NCBI GenBank assembly: GCA_001179505.1
Contig: CDMY01000571.1
Span: forward strand, 267,702-331,701
Source of the DNA: Vitrella brassicaformis CCMP3155
Lineage: Eukaryota > Protista > Chromerida
Reading direction: 5' to 3'
DNA: 64,000 nt
This document shows positions 59,754 to 64,000 of the stretch, piece by piece. The notes beneath the pieces were generated by a model. The model saw nothing but the letters and a program-made list of their open reading frames with translations. It was not told where the DNA came from and searched no databases. Every line of letters starts with the position of its first letter. The stretch's first letter is position 1. The position numbers and the translations under genes were made by a program.

Positions 59754-60048
59754 TGTTGATAGGGAAGCGGTCGTGACACGCCTTTGGACTGAAGAACAGC
59801 CACCAATAGAGAGTCACTCCGGTAGAAGAACAGTGAAGCAATGGCTGTGAAGCTCACCCAGCGAAGAGCTGGTGAGCGTCGTGGTCTAGCTCATGTTCGG
59901 TGAATCTTGCGGTCAATGCAATGGGGCTGCGGCACTCGGACAAGGAAAGATAACTGCGGGCGGAACAGGCGTAAAGAAACCCAGGCGTCACCAGAATGGG
60001 GGAAGCTTGCAGTCTTGAGCTCGCAATGCCGCCTCTCCTCCCGTGGCG

Positions 60049-62865
60049 ATGATGGAGTCACCATCGAAAAGACGAAGGCTGTCGTGTGCAGAGGTGAGAA
60101 CGGATGTCACCAGGCAGTTCAGTTGCTGGGATGGGCTGCAGCGAAGCCTGCCTTCTTGTCCTGTGTTCATTCATTCAGGTGGAATCTCTCGACGCGCTGT
60201 ACGGGGCGGATGCACATCTAAAGTGGGCGGAGGGCACGTATGACGATGTGGCACAGAAGATACGAGAACTGCGCCGACAGGTGAAGACCACACACAGAGA
60301 TCCGAGACGAAGACCAGGTGTGTGGATCTCTCTAGGTGGGTGAGGTATTCGAGCTGAAGCAGAGGAAGGAGCAAGAGCTCGGCAAGGAAATCTGCCCCAA
60401 CGTAGCCAAGGTGAGTTGAGTGAGCTACCACAAAATGACACTAATGCAGTCAGTGCCTTCTGACCATTCTGCCCGTTGCCTACCCTACCTGCCTCTCCTT
60501 GCCTGCCTGCCTCCATGTGTGTGTGCAGATGGTGTGTTTGGATTACCAGAGAGTTGCGGCCCTGCTGCGCAAGATAGCAAACGCCGACGTGACGCCTTCC
60601 ACACTGGACATCCTTATCAGCATCGCCCAGCAGAAACTCTCTGCCATCACCCACAACCTACGCCTAGATGTAAGGATGGTTACAGAATGACGGCCGCCCA
60701 CGTGCAGTTGGACAGAGAGGGATGGCACGTGTGTGTGTGTGTGTGCTGTGTTCTGTTCAGTCGTTGGCCCCGTCGCTGCTCACCCTCCCTGACGCCTTGC
60801 TGTTTGACCGACTCGGCCCACTGCTGGGCACTGAGTCCATCATCGGCGGCCTCTCACGCGCCCACTCGTCCTTCCTGGGCCCCTCCCGCGACCCCGACAT
60901 GCACACCACCATCACATTCATGGCGGACCGCAAACGCCGCGCCATCCGCCTCACCAGGCAGCAGCTCGAGGCATGGCGGCCCCGGCTGGCCAAGACCCGC
61001 CGGGCGGTGGTACGGTGTCATATGAACATGAGCATGGTGAAGCTGCTCGACGGCGTTAGTAAGAGCCTCGAGAGTCTAGAAGCCGACAGCCACAGCGTCA
61101 AGCAGCACGAGATAGCCTCTCCGGATGACAAGGGTAGGAAGCCGGTGGAGTTCCCACGGTTGAAGACGGTAGTGGTGGGCGGGCGGTGGGCGTACGTCTC
61201 ATATGAGCGCTCCTGGAGACTGTGGTCAGTGACAAACAGCACAACACACATCCAAAAGCCAGAAACACACCACACCACCCGTCCCTGCCTGTCGTGTGTG
61301 CCGCAGGTCGCTCGAGTGTGTCGAGCTGCGCAAGTTGACCACCAGGAGCAGACGGCGCACGACATCGAATTTATGGATTGGGAAACATGGTATGGGCGCG
61401 ACTGGCTGGAGGAGCGCGACGGCGTGCACACCGTCAGCACCGTCACCCTCTCGCCCCCATTCGCGTGGGATGCGCACGACGCGATGCTGCTTGTCGAGCT
61501 CACGAGCGTCGACACGGTGACGAGCTTCAGCATCACAGCGGACATACCCGACCTGGATGCCTGGATTGACGACTTCGGTACGCCGATGAGGTCGCTCGAG
61601 GACATCGAGGCGACCATTAATGCCAAACAGATCACCCCAAACATCATATCGGTGAGTGGCCAATGATGCGCACGCACACAAGGGAGTGGTCATCTGCACC
61701 CTGTCCGTCGCCTGTGGTGTTACACAGTCGCTGAATGCGGTTCATAAGTACTGTGTGGACCCTCACTGCAAGGAGGACTACAGCAGCAGCGTGTTTGACT
61801 TCCCCTTCACCCTCCTCTGGCCCACCAACCCCGGCAGCCCCATCCACAACATCTACGACGACGAGAGCCCCGCATTCGAATCGTCCACCCTCACCCTGGT
61901 GGCCTCCCTCGCCACATCGCTGAGCTTCCCCACCAGCCTCGCACAGGACACCATCATCCCGGCCTTCTACTCCCTGCTGCCCAAGCTGGTCTTCAGCTCA
62001 GCCCGCACCCTCACCCTGCAGCCGGCCAGGGACACCGACAACCCCCTCCCACAGCCACTGCTCTTCAACATCGGCCGCGTCTTCCCATCGGTGCGGTCCA
62101 TCGACATGGGCAAGGCGCACCAGCTGGGCGAGGAGGCCGTCGTCAAGACGATAGACGACCTCCCATCGCTGCGGGTGGTGTGCTTCGAACGGCAGCCCTC
62201 TTTTCATGAACAGCCGGTTTTCCTGCCGTCCTACCTGCGCAACTGTGCCAGTGGGGGGCGACTGCTGCACGTCAAGTGTGCGTACTACAAGTCCCTTGAC
62301 GGCAGCGAGGATTGGTCGCTGTGGGAGGGGCAGCCAGATGAGGGCAGTGAGGATGGGGCGGGTGGGGCGGATAGCGGCAGCAAGATGGAGATAGATGTGT
62401 CGGTGGGGGAGGCAGAGGGCGACAAGTGCAGCAGCAACAAGGGAAAGGGAAAGGGCATAGAGCATCGCATCCAGCACATTAGCGTATTTCTCGCTACCAA
62501 CTTCGCTGCAGAGGGCGGAGAGGGAGATGAAGACGAGGAAATTGGAGGCAGATGAGGGCGAGTTGCTACTACGTTTGCCAGTCTGGTCTCGCCTCTTTCG
62601 CACATGCGTCAATGCCATCTCCTCCCTGCCTAAGCTAGATTACATCACACTCACCACCGACGATGCACTCCCTGTCGAGTCGTTGCACGATGATGGGGAG
62701 GCAGGCGTAGCCGAGCGGCTGAGCCCTCACGGGTTCGCCGCTGTGCAGGCAGGCCCGTGTAGTGTTGAGCTGTATCGGGAGGGGCTGCCCATCACGGCGG
62801 GCCAGCGACTGATCACTGACTACTTCTCGCCCATCTGTGTCGATAGCAACGAGATGGTTGACTAG
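60049..62865 (+). CDS. F-box-like protein with a degenerate LRR-like C-terminus; possible frameshift near 62541
   Basis: MMESPSKRRRL, a coiled-coil segment, F-box-like SLLTLPDALLFDRLGPLL, then FPRLKTVVV, FPSVRSIDM, LPSLRVVCF, LPKLDYITL. Confidence 0.6.
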
Positions 62866-63538
62866 ATAAGGGTGCTGACTGACTGGGTGTAGTCTGTTTG
62901 GGGATGTGTGTACAAATGGAAGATTCCTGGCTTGTCATTGGTGTCTGTGTAGTGCGTGTGATACCGTTGTCACGTCTGTGGTGCGGGCGTTTCCTCTGTA
63001 CCTTGTTGAGGTCATGTGTGTCGTTTCTGGCCATTCCATGGGCCGTGAGCGATCCCGATGGCCTTCGATGAGGTGCAGGGGAGCGCATTTGGCCCACTCC
63101 ACTCATGTGCCTTACGGACTTGACGGTTACAAAAGTCTCTTATGATCATCAGAGAGCTGTGGGCGCACGGATGTGGTGTACAGACTGCTGCATGCTTCCG
63201 TGTGCGCCTGCTGTATCCATATATCTCTCTTGTGTACGGCTGGAACGGTTCCTGGAGGGTCGGGGGGTCGTAGCTAGACGCCGAGGAGTGCGGCGGCACC
63301 GGCACCTGCGCCGAGCTGTGGTGTCTCCCGATGTGTTGGGAGAGCTATGGGTGATTTCATATCATGCTTGCATGTGTGTGTATGAATGAATGGTGATGGT
63401 TTTCACCTTCATTCGCATTGACCCTCGATGAGTGGAAGGCTGTTCATGAGGTGCATCGGCTCGTGGAAGGAACTAAGAGAGACCTGGGTGTCCAAATGAC
63501 ACCTAGGTCAATCACGACACTCAGTGTGTGGCCACATG

Positions 63539-63592
63539 ACACACACACACTCAGAGAGAGAGAGAGAGAGAGGGAGAGGGAGAGAGAGAGAG
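63539..63592. repeat. Compound (AC)n/(AG)n microsatellite downstream of the retroelement 3' end
   Basis: acacacacacac tc agagagag...gggagagggagagagagagaga read directly. Confidence 0.9.
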
Positions 63593-63746
63593 ACGGAAAC
63601 ACAGGCTACCTGATCCTCTGTCTCGGTCGGTCGATCCATCCTTCTTCTTCTCGATGTGGGGAAACTGTCATTAACCGTAACACTCGTCTGTGTGTCCGTG
63701 ATACTCATACAAATACAGTCCCATCAGCACGCAGACCCAAACAGGC

Positions 63747-64000
63747 TCAAGGGGAGGAGGGATCAATCCCCGCCCCATCAGCACACCCCAGTCCCGCAAA
63801 CCCTCCCCTCCCTCCCCCACGCAGACAGAAGCTAGTCGCACGCGCGAGGGCGATAGACAAGCGAGAGCGAATCCATCCAGACACATGACTGAACCCCCGA
63901 CCCTTCCACCCCTCCTTCTCCAACAGCGCATGAGCCATGTGGGCGATGAACACGTTGGCATCGTGTCCCCACACACCGTCACACGTCACCACCAGAGGGC
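63747..64000 (-). mobile_element. 3' end of a CRE/R2-group non-LTR retrotransposon ORF (C-terminus of the restriction-like endonuclease region); continues beyond the window
   Basis: LVTCDGVWGHDANVFIAHMAHALLEKEGWKGRGFSHVSGWIRSRLSIALARATSFCLRG...DGAGI matches the typical tail of CRE-like elements: PLV-x-x-DG-x-x-G-x-E/DA...L...W...S-x-V-x-GW-x-R-x-RLS-x-A-x-x-RAT-x-x-CLRG...DGAG. Intronless, unlike neighbouring genes. Confidence 0.72.

Overview
Intron-rich eukaryotic nuclear DNA. It is GC-rich with many short (about 55-150 nt) GT-AG introns carrying (GT)n, (GACA)n and (GATG)n microsatellites, and it has two scaffold gaps. Gene content (a CCB2-like gene with a bipartite plastid leader, PAN/Apple domains, expanded ankyrin and F-box-like families) and intron style point to a photosynthetic relative of apicomplexans, most likely a chromerid such as Vitrella. 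That assignment is inference, not a database match. I spliced about 24 genes by hand, so exon boundaries are approximate. The main findings are: (1) a single spliced ORF encoding a signal peptide, an expansin-like module (DPBB plus CBM63-like), four PAN/Apple domains, two Cys-rich modules and a GH10 domain with both catalytic Glu intact, lying head-to-head only 39 bp from a second, Lys-rich GH10 gene; (2) two tandem genes that each fuse a CBM20 starch-binding domain to a C3HC4 RING, so candidate glucan-targeted E3 ligases; (3) a secreted acidic glyco-polyprotein with 13 regularly spaced RR(L/M) PEXEL/TEXEL-like sites; (4) a kinesin with an armadillo-like tail, and a frameshifted motor-less paralog of that tail nearby; (5) the 3' end of a CRE-like non-LTR retrotransposon at the right edge of the window.
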